Shown here: positions 18,377 through 27,711 of the stretch, piece after piece
Layout: the number at the start of each line of letters is the position of its first letter
Numbering within the stretch: position 1 is the first letter of the stretch
Source: a virus
Lineage: Duplodnaviria; Caudoviricetes
Length of the DNA stretch: 45,697 nt
Reading direction: 5' to 3' (one strand)
Virus record (IMG/VR): IMGVR_UViG_3300040733_000122
Span: 1 to 45,697 of that record
Notes under the pieces: generated by a model
What the model was told of the DNA's origin: nothing
Database searches by the model: none
Seen by the model: the letters and a program-made list of their open reading frames with translations, nothing else
Translations under genes and position numbers: made by a program

Positions 18377-19716
18377 CAGCTGAGTACATTTTTAGTGCCG
18401 GCACCGGTGTCCAGCGTGGTTAGAATTGTATTCCGGAACCTCAGTTCCACATCCTTCACTCCGTTAAACCGGAGATAACACTCAATCGGATCCAGGAGGT
18501 TCTGCCTGTCGATCCATGCATTTGCAATGTTTACCAGGAATGCCTCCCTGATATTTGATCCTCCCTGGTTCCCGGCATATGTTCCACCGGGCATCCCGGC
18601 ACCAAGGAGGTTCGGATTGATCATCAGGGTAAACATGATCTCACTGTTTGCTGCAGCTGAAGTTGTGAGTTTCTCTACTGCTGTAAGGTCATTTTTCAGC
18701 TCTTCAATCACCCACTGTTCTTCGGCCTTGCCCATGGGTCCCATCTCGAAGCCGGTGAATAACGCTTTGCCCGCGTTCTCCGCGCTACATAGATTGTCCT
18801 CAATTTTGTTCTGGTACTCGTTTATCTTCTTCTTACGTTCTTCCTCATTCGCATAGTCGGCTCTTGGAAACATACGATCCCAGAAAGCATATGGGATCTT
18901 CACATGCCATTTAATCCCCAGGGCATTCTCATAGATCTTCTTGATGTATTTCGGTACCAGGTGAGCGATGTCAATCCATCCGGCAAGTTCTGCCGATCTC
19001 CAGATCGGCCCTGCGTAATAATCTTTATTTGACCAGCTGTCAGTCATCGGGTATCCCAGTGTGCTCTTCCCCAGCTTGCGTGCCAGACGCCTTGAGTTGA
19101 GATCATCCAATGGATCATATTCAGATAGCATTGGGATTACCTTAACATTCTCCTCCTTCGGTGTTTCAGGCCAGTCTCCGGAGATAATACAATTCTCAAT
19201 CTCACCAGCAGCGTTGGCCTCTGTCAATCTACAGTAATATGCATTGATTGAATTAATTCCGACAATCTCTCCTCCAGTACTGGGGATCAACTCCGGGAAA
19301 GCACGGCCGGCCTTAAGGTAATCGCGTGTGGACTTTTCAAGGTACCGGCGAACCATCCGGGAAGAACAGAAGGCTTTGACTTTGGGATCCTGTATGATTT
19401 TCAACTGCTCATTCCCTCTATCGTCATAACCTTCAACAATGCAAGGGAAGATTCCCTGCCCCAGGATAATATTGCGGAGCATCCGGAGACCGGTATTCAG
19501 TACACCGGTTTTCTCGATAAGGGCATCAGCTGCCTGAGGGAAGTTGTTATCGGAACCCCAGGGAACAACCCTGTAGTTTTTTACCTGGACAACATCATCC
19601 AGTGGATCATATGGCTTTGATATAAGCTTAGTTTCGGGTGCCCCAAATGTTGAGATGACTGAGCGTTGCCCAATCCCCAACAGTGGAGTTCCTTCCTTGT
19701 TGTATAGGATTTCCAT
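18376..19716 (-). CDS. Portal protein
   Basis: 446 aa downstream of the terminase, with 'PWGSDNNFP', 'YYAGP' and 'GGSNIRE' motifs. Confidence 0.75.
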   Translation of the reverse strand: MEILYNKEGTPLLGIGQRSVISTFGAPETKLISKPYDPLDDVVQVKNYRVVPWGSDNNFPQAADALIEKTGVLNTGLRMLRNIILGQGIFPCIVEGYDDRGNEQLKIIQDPKVKAFCSSRMVRRYLEKSTRDYLKAGRAFPELIPSTGGEIVGINSINAYYCRLTEANAAGEIENCIISGDWPETPKEENVKVIPMLSEYDPLDDLNSRRLARKLGKSTLGYPMTDSWSNKDYYAGPIWRSAELAGWIDIAHLVPKYIKKIYENALGIKWHVKIPYAFWDRMFPRADYANEEERKKKINEYQNKIEDNLCSAENAGKALFTGFEMGPMGKAEEQWVIEELKNDLTAVEKLTTSAAANSEIMFTLMINPNLLGAGMPGGTYAGNQGGSNIREAFLVNIANAWIDRQNLLDPIECYLRFNGVKDVELRFRNTILTTLDTGAGTKNVLS

Positions 19717-19994
19717 CAGAGAACTACTTTATTACCGTTCCATTCAGTTATCAGGTCAATGTTTACCGGATAGACATGCCCTATCTTGTCTCCCCTGGCA
19801 TCAACAGCTATTACTCCTCTCATACGATGATCCTTCATGTTAAAGCTTAACCCGGCAGCCACCGCACGTGGCAGAAAAACCAACTCACCATTCTTCTTGA
19901 TGAATTTGATTGAGAAAACTACCTGTTTGCCATCCGGAGCCTCCTTGATGTCATACTCCCGCAACGCTTCGTTTCTTCGGATTTTTTCTGCCAT
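19716..19994 (-). CDS. Hypothetical phage protein
   Basis: 92-aa ORF coupled to the portal gene, with its own motif promoter. Confidence 0.7.
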   Translation of the reverse strand: MAEKIRRNEALREYDIKEAPDGKQVVFSIKFIKKNGELVFLPRAVAAGLSFNMKDHRMRGVIAVDARGDKIGHVYPVNIDLITEWNGNKVVL

Positions 19995-20013
19995 ATGAAT
20001 GATTGATCATAAG

Positions 20014-20049
20014 CAAATCTATCTGCAGTGCCAGGCACAAAAAAGGACA
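20014..20049 (-). promoter_or_regulatory. Putative late promoter TGTCCTTTT-N19-TAGATTTG
   Basis: Perfect TAnnTTTG box at the conserved spacing. Confidence 0.75.
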
Positions 20050-20256
20050 CAGAATTTTATAATATCCGTCCAGAGAATTTTAGACTAAAGAAGTAATGAT
20101 CACTCTCTTGTAAATCATAATCTTAGAAATAGTGATGCCTGGCAGAAAAGTTATCCGGCCCCGCCCTATCCCGGGGGGCAACCAAAGAGGCAGTTTCTGC
20201 AGGAAATATGATGCAAAAACCAGTGAAGTCGACTGCCTCGGCCAGCCGGAGAGAAG

Positions 20257-21972
20257 TTACATCTTGGGTGGGATAAAGGTGGATCCTTTCTCCAGGAGAT
20301 CTCCGTACTTGGTCCAGATCCGTTTGTCTACAGCATCACCGAAGTGAGTAGCTTCTTCAGGCAATACAGAATCACGTCTCTCGCTGGTCTTATCCTTAGA
20401 GAATTTACCGTCTTTCTCCATCACTCTTGTATTATTCATGCTGATCAGCGTGTACTTGCACTTTGACCCATTGAAACGAACCTGGGGATATCGAGGATTA
20501 CTGCCCTTAAGGATATTCATCCAAAGAAGATATTTGTTATGCTGTGGAGGTTCCATTCCCCTATGGACCTCACTGATCACTATCCAACCATTATGCTGCA
20601 GACGATCAATGGCCTGTTCATTGTAGGACCTGGCATTCTTGGCGTTGGGCTGCCTGCTGTCACCATAACGATCCCTGAAGTAACGGACCTCACGCTTCTG
20701 GTGAAACCGGTAGTAATGGCAGAAGTTGTCAACCAGCTCATTGATCATCACATCATTTGTCTCTGCCGGCTTAACAAAGAACTCGTTGATGGTATTATCA
20801 CAGAAGCCAGGTTTGGCACCTGCAAAGTCATAATTGCCGGGTTGTGCAATGCTGAACAGGCAGATCTTTGCTCCCCAGTCTGGAACTATCTCGAGAGGAA
20901 GTGATGGATCACAGTCCTGGTCAAACCTGCTATCAGGCTGGCTGAGTTTATTAAAGTCGAAGGAGGTGTTCTCTGCATAATCACGGACAAAATTGTCATT
21001 GCTGTCATTGTAATACACATGCCGTTTGTCATCGATGGAATAATAGCAGTCTTCAACCTTATCAGGGATCATATTCATAATCTCAATCAGGAATGTAAGC
21101 AGGACCTGCTTATCGAATTCGCGGATGATGTAACTCATACCTACATTCTCAAGGTTGTCGAAAGCATTTGCCAGGGTAAATAACAGTCCATCCTTCGACA
21201 CAAATGGAAGGATCTGCTTCTTCAGTCTGATGGTTTCATTCCAGATATCACAATACAACTTTGCGTTCTTTTCCCGGGCGGCCGGTATAAGCTCCAGCTG
21301 CAGTTTGACAATCCTGTTCCATATGCTGAGGATCGGAATCCCGGCTTCCTTCTCATAATAATCAGCATAATCAAGCAGCCACTTCTGACCTGCAGAGAAA
21401 GGCATAGAAGAGACGTAATGGAAGCCGTGGTGCCAGGGAACCGGAGATCTTGATCGGCTCCCCCATATTTCCTCGTTGCCCCTGTTTGTAGGAGATGTTT
21501 CCTGGTCATACCTTTCCTTGTTGATTGTCAAGGCCTCGTCAAGAATCTCATAGTCCACATTTGGACCACGTGCCGACCCCGCCCGGTCCTGGCTCAGCAT
21601 CAGTAGAGCATTCCCGTTTGCAAAAGATATCACGTTATCCCAACGCATGATCTTCTCATATGGGGAAAGGAAATGGGCTGGAGGTTTAACGCCAATGACA
21701 TAATTGCCCGGGTCACTCTTATCGATGTGACGCTTATAACCCAGGCTCTCAAGAAATTTAAAGGTCGAAGGCAGCGTCCTGGTAAGAAGCTGACCAAAAG
21801 TCTGACCTGTGACCGCACCTATTGCGCGAGGCATCATGCGGTTCAACACATTGACATCCCACCCAACAAGGAAGGATTTTCCTGTACCACGACCCCATAC
21901 GTCTACTTTCTTTGCCGCAGATAGAATTACGGAGATCTGCTGTACTTTATTTAAGCTGATTAACTCATTCAT
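20257..21972 (-). CDS. terL: Terminase large subunit
   Basis: Walker A GRGTGKS, Walker B ILDEA, and nuclease acidic motifs (PDWG, THFGDAVD). Confidence 0.9.
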   Translation of the reverse strand: MNELISLNKVQQISVILSAAKKVDVWGRGTGKSFLVGWDVNVLNRMMPRAIGAVTGQTFGQLLTRTLPSTFKFLESLGYKRHIDKSDPGNYVIGVKPPAHFLSPYEKIMRWDNVISFANGNALLMLSQDRAGSARGPNVDYEILDEALTINKERYDQETSPTNRGNEEIWGSRSRSPVPWHHGFHYVSSMPFSAGQKWLLDYADYYEKEAGIPILSIWNRIVKLQLELIPAAREKNAKLYCDIWNETIRLKKQILPFVSKDGLLFTLANAFDNLENVGMSYIIREFDKQVLLTFLIEIMNMIPDKVEDCYYSIDDKRHVYYNDSNDNFVRDYAENTSFDFNKLSQPDSRFDQDCDPSLPLEIVPDWGAKICLFSIAQPGNYDFAGAKPGFCDNTINEFFVKPAETNDVMINELVDNFCHYYRFHQKREVRYFRDRYGDSRQPNAKNARSYNEQAIDRLQHNGWIVISEVHRGMEPPQHNKYLLWMNILKGSNPRYPQVRFNGSKCKYTLISMNNTRVMEKDGKFSKDKTSERRDSVLPEEATHFGDAVDKRIWTKYGDLLEKGSTFIPPKM

Positions 21973-22556
21973 GAATTGATGAATTCCTCTGCCTCTGAGA
22001 TCTGTATCTCTTTGATCATTATATCCGATAAAGCTTTCCTGACATTCGCAGGCTGCCTGATGAGTTTGAGGTAGTCTATAAGGCTCTGCTCACCGTTGAT
22101 ATTTACCTGCAGGTAAAAGTTATGTTGCTCTGTGAGCTTCGGATCAATGTCTTTCTGGGGTTTCTCCCCTATCGCTTTGATCAGGTTATTATGCTCTACC
22201 GCAATAACCCGCATTGCCTTTATGCTATTCTGAGCTCTGCATTTTTCAATATTCCGGATAATGTCATTTATCAGCCACTGATGCCAGAAGTCGTAATCAA
22301 AATTATGCAGGCTGTTGAATAATTTGACTGCAATACGGCAGTCTTCGTAAGCCTGGCTGCGTTTGAGCCCTTTGTATTTCTTCATATGAAGGGCCACGGC
22401 ATTACGCTGAATGGGCTGCCGGTCCAACAGCCTGGCCATGGACAAAACCCGGTCAAGTTGCTGCCTCTGGTCCGGAGGTAATGGAGAATGATCCGGATCC
22501 AGAACGTGGGCTTTGATCAGCTCATACTTCTGATCCTCCAGGGCATTGCGAGCCAT
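21969..22556 (-). CDS. Putative terminase small subunit
   Basis: Directly upstream of and overlapping terL; HTH-like 'KYKGLKRSQAYEDC'. Confidence 0.55.
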   Translation of the reverse strand: MARNALEDQKYELIKAHVLDPDHSPLPPDQRQQLDRVLSMARLLDRQPIQRNAVALHMKKYKGLKRSQAYEDCRIAVKLFNSLHNFDYDFWHQWLINDIIRNIEKCRAQNSIKAMRVIAVEHNNLIKAIGEKPQKDIDPKLTEQHNFYLQVNINGEQSLIDYLKLIRQPANVRKALSDIMIKEIQISEAEEFINS

Positions 22557-22559
22557 TAA

Positions 22560-23339
22560 TTACTCATGTTTTGCTATCAGCAAATCAAGGTCCTGAATTT
22601 GCTTTTCTTTGGCCTTGATGCGTTTCTCGAGGCGAATTCTTTTGGGTCCTTCAGGCATTGGAGTGGGATTGCCATCCTTTGGTTTGGTTTTGCTCTGATA
22701 TTCCAACATGTTACGGTCCTTTGCCAGTGAAGCCTGCAGGTTCTTTTTCTGATGCTTGAGATCTTCTACCGTTAGAAGACCGGCGGATCCGGTAGTGCCC
22801 GACTGTTGATATAAGGTTGCAGAGCCATCCTTGCCTGTCTTCTTAAATTCTGACCATACTGCATACAACTGCTCAAGCCTCTCCGATGCTTCGGCAATTT
22901 TTTTAACCAGGGCCTCCCGGTCGGCAATAGTAGCCTCAGAGTTATCCTGTGACAGCCTGATCAACTGCTTATGAAGTTTGCCTCGATGTATATAAAGAGA
23001 TGAGTTCTCCCGGATTATTCTCTGCATGCCTGTAGGAAAATCCTCGATCTTCTCTTCCTTTCTGATAAGACTGAATCTGACCTCGGTCTTGTGTTTCTTT
23101 TCTGCTTTGTCCGGTTTTGCAGGTACTGTAGAACCAGGTTTCAGAACAGCCTTATCCGGATGCGTCTTCAGATAATGGCTAAGCTCATACTCGAGCTTCT
23201 CGCGTCTGGTCTTGGATTCACCCTTTGAAAGCTTCCCCATAACCTTGCTCTTTTTCGATACCTCCATCAGGAGCTCCAGCCCCTTCGGATAATCACGGTC
23301 AGAACTCAACCATTGTCTGATTCTCTCATTGATCTGCAT
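22560..23339 (-). CDS. Hypothetical coiled-coil phage protein
   Basis: Basic helical ORF, probable start MQINE; its N-terminal domain resembles the C-terminus of the upstream Stealth-like protein. Confidence 0.7.
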   Translation of the reverse strand: MQINERIRQWLSSDRDYPKGLELLMEVSKKSKVMGKLSKGESKTRREKLEYELSHYLKTHPDKAVLKPGSTVPAKPDKAEKKHKTEVRFSLIRKEEKIEDFPTGMQRIIRENSSLYIHRGKLHKQLIRLSQDNSEATIADREALVKKIAEASERLEQLYAVWSEFKKTGKDGSATLYQQSGTTGSAGLLTVEDLKHQKKNLQASLAKDRNMLEYQSKTKPKDGNPTPMPEGPKRIRLEKRIKAKEKQIQDLDLLIAKHE

Positions 23340-23340
23340 G

Positions 23341-24282
23341 TCATATGTAATTAAGAAGTTCACGTAATTGATGCACTAGTTTCTCCCTGCGGGCAGTTGT
23401 CGGAGGTTTTTTCAGGAATTTCTTAACCCGCTTTGATTTCCCGAAGGCTTCAAACAGTGCTGTTCCCTTTGTGAAATCATGATCTGATGCAAGGAGCCAC
23501 CTGGCGATCTCGATAGATGGTTCATTACAACTGATTTCAAACCCTGATTGCTCCGGAAATGTTTTATACAACCACATCTTAAGCACTGCATTCAAACCTT
23601 CATCATTGAACGCCACAAACTGCCGGCCGGCAACCCTTCTCTGCAATACTTTCTCCGTATTTATTTGTTTGAACACCGTTACTTTTTCGCCTGCCAATCT
23701 GGGAGCGTTCCATCCATGAACCACATTGCCATACATGCTCTTCATTGTATAGCCGATATTATTCTCAAAATCAAACTTCCCGATGGCCTCCGGGAACAGG
23801 TTCTTATCAAATACCATAGGAACATGGCAGTCATAATGTAATGTTGACAGTCCCTTCTCAACCAGGGTATTCCTGGTTCGGAAGAGGCGGCCACGCCAGA
23901 ATGAGTCCTGGAAATAACTAGCTGGCCTGGTTGTGAGATCTCCCTTATGATAGGGGGGTATGCCGACAGCCTCCGTTGAGATCATTATCAGATGATCATC
24001 GTTAATGAACAGGAACCGGTCTGAGAGATCTGCCTCCTGACATACCCGGAGTACCTTCCTCGCAATATTACCGTCAGCATTCTCCTTCAGCTCATCTGTG
24101 AACGGTATATGGATGATATTCTTCAACCAGCCAGGGCATTGACCCACAACATAGACATTTCTGTAACGCTTAAGGTTCTTCTCCAGGGCCCTGAGCGAAA
24201 AACGGATCTCATTGTTATTCCAATGAGATCCTGTACCCAGGACATATACCACATCAATGCCGTCAGTTTTCAGGTTTTCCAT
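23341..24282 (-). CDS. Stealth-family-like sugar-phosphate transferase
   Basis: IDVVY (CR1-like), EIRFSLRALEKN, VYVVGQCPGWL, FLFINDD (CR2-like), HVPM and AFND. Confidence 0.75.
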   Translation of the reverse strand: MENLKTDGIDVVYVLGTGSHWNNNEIRFSLRALEKNLKRYRNVYVVGQCPGWLKNIIHIPFTDELKENADGNIARKVLRVCQEADLSDRFLFINDDHLIMISTEAVGIPPYHKGDLTTRPASYFQDSFWRGRLFRTRNTLVEKGLSTLHYDCHVPMVFDKNLFPEAIGKFDFENNIGYTMKSMYGNVVHGWNAPRLAGEKVTVFKQINTEKVLQRRVAGRQFVAFNDEGLNAVLKMWLYKTFPEQSGFEISCNEPSIEIARWLLASDHDFTKGTALFEAFGKSKRVKKFLKKPPTTARREKLVHQLRELLNYI

Positions 24283-25423
24283 TCAAACCGGTATTACATA
24301 TGGATGTTACTACCAGGTCTATCCAAGACTGGTGCTTTATCACGCTGGTAAGCCGTGATATGAAATCAAAATCACCCTGCTTCACGCCACGAAAGGAAAT
24401 CTTATGCTTGTGCCTGGCATGGAAAATGAAACAGGGCATACCAATGTCTCGGCGAACTACCTGGTGTCTGGTAAAATTCTCATTTGAAGGAATGACGCGT
24501 CCGTTGGGCCATTGCATTCTTACAAAGTAGATTCTGTTTTCATCTGTCAGGTGGGGAATCAGACGTTTAAACACGGACGGATCCGCGAGCATGTCATCAT
24601 CATCCAGGAAGAATATCCACCCTCCCTTCACTGCCTTCATCAGATCATTGAGGTACAGGTTCCATGGAGCACGAAGCTCTGTCGTAGGAAGCTGCTTCTT
24701 AACCCTGACTATGGTAATACCTTCTTGTTTTTGTACATAATCAGCGGTGACATCATCATCAGCACTCACAAAAAAATTGATCTTCTTATGGGTCTGTGAA
24801 TGGACTGACGCCAGACACCGGGTAAATGCTTCCGGGCGTCTCGAGGTCCGGATCAGCACATTAATAGTTGGATCCATGAGGTGTTTCTTGGAAGCTTTCC
24901 CTTCTGCCAGGCGATAATAGTGAAACAGGTAAATGCCCCGCATCAGGAGGATTGTCTTCCCTGATCCAAGCATGGTATTGGTGATCTGTGTATCGACACC
25001 AAGTAGATTATTTGCCTCGCATCGTCTGCCAACCTCCTGCCTTATCTCAAGCCAGGTTCCTTTACGGATGCACATCAGATGCCCTGATACATGATTCTCA
25101 ATCCTGGTCACATGTCCATGGAGATGGAAATAACACGAAGAGGATACCGACCGGTGGTATGTAATAGAGTCGCTCTTCTGGTCCGTCTCTGCAGGCACCA
25201 TATAAGGGTACGCACTTCGGGATGCATAAGAGACAAACATCCCTGTTGCCGGGTACTTATCTACATACTCCTGCACCTGGTGCCCGAAATTACTCTCAAA
25301 AAACAGGGTGTCACCGTCAAGAAAACAGGCCCAGTCATCTTCTGATGGAAGCAGGGCCATGTATCTGTCATAAGCTTCAAAAAGCTTCTTCTCCAGTGAG
25401 TATGGCGTAAAGAAGTATATCAT
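24263..25423 (-). CDS. Two-domain GT-A (GT2-like) glycosyltransferase
   Basis: Two DxD motifs (FLDGD, FLDDDD), 'INVLIRTSRRPEAF' GT2 start and 'GDFDF'; probable start MIYFF at 25423. Confidence 0.8.
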   Translation of the reverse strand: MIYFFTPYSLEKKLFEAYDRYMALLPSEDDWACFLDGDTLFFESNFGHQVQEYVDKYPATGMFVSYASRSAYPYMVPAETDQKSDSITYHRSVSSSCYFHLHGHVTRIENHVSGHLMCIRKGTWLEIRQEVGRRCEANNLLGVDTQITNTMLGSGKTILLMRGIYLFHYYRLAEGKASKKHLMDPTINVLIRTSRRPEAFTRCLASVHSQTHKKINFFVSADDDVTADYVQKQEGITIVRVKKQLPTTELRAPWNLYLNDLMKAVKGGWIFFLDDDDMLADPSVFKRLIPHLTDENRIYFVRMQWPNGRVIPSNENFTRHQVVRRDIGMPCFIFHARHKHKISFRGVKQGDFDFISRLTSVIKHQSWIDLVVTSICNTGLNGKPEN

Positions 25424-25428
25424 GTATG

Positions 25429-25464
25429 CGAATCTATAGGCAGTAAAACAGGCAAAAAAGGACA
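25429..25464 (-). promoter_or_regulatory. Putative late promoter TGTCCTTTT-N19-TAGATTCG
   Basis: Same motif and spacing; only about 6 nt from the ATG at 25423, so the transcript may be leaderless. Confidence 0.65.
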
Positions 25465-25465
25465 C

Positions 25466-25500
25466 AAAAAAAGGGGACCAGCTTTTATCCTGGCCCCCTT
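25466..25500 (-). terminator. Intrinsic terminator after the tail tube gene
   Basis: aaggggacca...tggccccctt stem followed by a T-run on the minus strand. Confidence 0.7.
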
Positions 25501-25523
25501 GGCGGTTTGCTGAAAAGAAAGGA

Positions 25524-26069
25524 TTATCCTGAAGATTCTCCCAGAAGGGTCGTTACGTCTCCGACATATACCCTGGGAGTATTGGTCGGGAAGGTGAATG
25601 TCAACGACGCTCCCTTCCTGTCTCCAATGGCACGGCCGGTACCTACATCACCGGACTCAAATTTAGCAGCCCGGAGGCTGTCGCCCAGAAGATAGCGCTG
25701 ACCTTCCTGATCCGTTGGGATAAAGAACAGATTTTCATTCTTGGCTGCAGCCATGAAGCCAAGGATCTTCTTCTTCAGACCGGGATTGTAGATAGTCAAC
25801 TCTGCTCTGAATGACTTGCCATCTTTCTCTCCCACAGGTACGAACTTGAGCTCAGCGGTTTCGTCAGTGCAGTAGAAGGTAAAAGCCCTCTTACCTGCCT
25901 TCATCACCAGGTCGCCCACCCATGCACCGAAATCTTCGATACTTCCACTGGAAGGCGGTGCTGCCGGCCACGTCAACACGTCAGCCCAGAGACCAAAGAT
26001 CACATATTGTGCCAGGCCGCCCATGTTCTCCCCGTTGGGGAGGTTTTTATCAATGTTTACAAAGTCCAT
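25524..26069 (-). CDS. Putative major tail tube protein
   Basis: 181-aa beta-rich ORF directly after the capsid gene; call rests mainly on size and synteny. Confidence 0.55.
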   Translation of the reverse strand: MDFVNIDKNLPNGENMGGLAQYVIFGLWADVLTWPAAPPSSGSIEDFGAWVGDLVMKAGKRAFTFYCTDETAELKFVPVGEKDGKSFRAELTIYNPGLKKKILGFMAAAKNENLFFIPTDQEGQRYLLGDSLRAAKFESGDVGTGRAIGDRKGASLTFTFPTNTPRVYVGDVTTLLGESSG

Positions 26070-26087
26070 GGCATTCAGTTTTTAGGG

Positions 26088-27080
26088 TTATACTGATGCC
26101 GATCCACTGCCGCTTGATGCCAGGTTGTTGACAGCAAGTTCACGTTCATGGATACTGATGAACTGGGTACCGAAGACAAACTTCATGGCTGCAGTGAATT
26201 TGTATGGGTTACCCGAGGGGAAGGGAACCATTTTCTTCATGTCCTCGAGCTTGTCGGTACCGTACACCATGTTCTCCTTGGTGGTAAGGATGACCTTCTT
26301 ACTCCCTACCGGGAACGCAGCTGAGCGCACCAGCTCGACCTTGCCTTCAGTGCCCTCGAGGAACTTACGGCCAGCCTGGTCAACGAACGGGGGATTGTCA
26401 TGTTCATCCCTGTACCAGTCATCGTAGTTGTCAGCTACGTCATACGGCAGCCACATCTTGGTATTGAGGTTTCTCAGCGCTTTATGACGGCTACGCCACA
26501 TGTCCAGCAGGTAATCGCCGGCATTGGCACGGGTGATATCCTCCTCTCCGACATAGAGGTTTTTGTTTGCCTCCGAGATGTTCCCTGCGGTAATATCATC
26601 GTCAAGGATGCTCAGCCATCCGTCAAAACCAGCAGCAATTGAGTTGGCTTCGTCTGAATCATACCTGGCTGCAAGAACAGCATAAAACATATCCTCAGAT
26701 GCAAGGCCTATTCCATACTGTATAAGCCAGAGTTCGAACGGATGCTTGTTGGGATCCAGACCACCGGCTACAGCAGTGATGAATGACCTCCTGTACCTTT
26801 CAGGCTCATCAGCCATCTCTGCAACGAGAGGATATACAGTAAGGGTCCTCGGCTTAATATTTCCCAGGGTTTTATCCCCGGTGAACACGCCGGTATACTT
26901 CTTGGCAATGGTGCCATGCTCCACTTTACCAAGCTTGATCGAATCCTGCACTCCCAGGATAGGCGTACAGTGGATGAGAACGTCATTAAGTGCCAGCATG
27001 TTAAGCGGCACGAGCATTTTGGCATACTTTACTGCTGTATTGTTTACCTGCTCAATGTTGATGGGTTTCTTTAAGTCCAC
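26088..27080 (-). CDS. Major capsid protein
   Basis: 330 aa following protease and scaffold; 'FDGW' and 'LTTKENMVYGTD' motifs. Confidence 0.75.
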   Translation of the reverse strand: MDLKKPINIEQVNNTAVKYAKMLVPLNMLALNDVLIHCTPILGVQDSIKLGKVEHGTIAKKYTGVFTGDKTLGNIKPRTLTVYPLVAEMADEPERYRRSFITAVAGGLDPNKHPFELWLIQYGIGLASEDMFYAVLAARYDSDEANSIAAGFDGWLSILDDDITAGNISEANKNLYVGEEDITRANAGDYLLDMWRSRHKALRNLNTKMWLPYDVADNYDDWYRDEHDNPPFVDQAGRKFLEGTEGKVELVRSAAFPVGSKKVILTTKENMVYGTDKLEDMKKMVPFPSGNPYKFTAAMKFVFGTQFISIHERELAVNNLASSGSGSASV

Positions 27081-27092
27081 AGCTATTGATTT

Positions 27093-27710
27093 TTATTTTG
27101 TGAAATACTCGTTTGCGAAGGAGTTCACTTCGTCAGGACTCTCGATAAGAATCCCATCCTGCCCGCCACCTGTGACTCCTGATGCCGGCACGGCGGGTCT
27201 TTTTGCCAGCTCCTGGCGAACAGCTTCCACCTTGCCCTTCAGATCCTTGGCTTCTTTCACTGAATCTGCCAGGTCATCAAGAGCTTCAGCTGCTTCAGTC
27301 AGGCTGTCTTCAGCTGTTTTCTTTTCTGTTTTGGCAGTCTGCAAGTCGCCCTCTGCCTTTGTCTGGGCAGCATGCGCAGATGTCAGTGCAGCATCGATTG
27401 TGTCGAGCTGCCCGGCGCTAAGGTATACGCCTTCATCACTCATCTCGAGAGAATCAACCCCGAGGCTTGAGCCGATGCCTTTCCATTTAAATTCCGGTTT
27501 TGACATAGTTTTGATTTTATGTGTTGTTTTAGTCTGTTTCTCAGTCTCTTTCAAGCTCTCTTCAAGCCGGCACAACAGTTCGGGTCCTATTAGATCCGTC
27601 AGCTCTGCCCGTTGTTCATCGGTTATATCGAACCGGCCGGCAGGCGTGAGTCTCAGTTCCTTTATACCTATGGCTTCAGCTGCCTTGCGCTTCAATGATT
27701 TCATTGTCAT
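27093..27710 (-). CDS. Capsid scaffolding-like protein
   Basis: Ala/Glu/Lys-rich coiled coil between protease and capsid genes. Confidence 0.6.
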   Translation of the reverse strand: MTMKSLKRKAAEAIGIKELRLTPAGRFDITDEQRAELTDLIGPELLCRLEESLKETEKQTKTTHKIKTMSKPEFKWKGIGSSLGVDSLEMSDEGVYLSAGQLDTIDAALTSAHAAQTKAEGDLQTAKTEKKTAEDSLTEAAEALDDLADSVKEAKDLKGKVEAVRQELAKRPAVPASGVTGGGQDGILIESPDEVNSFANEYFTK

Positions 27711-27711
27711 C

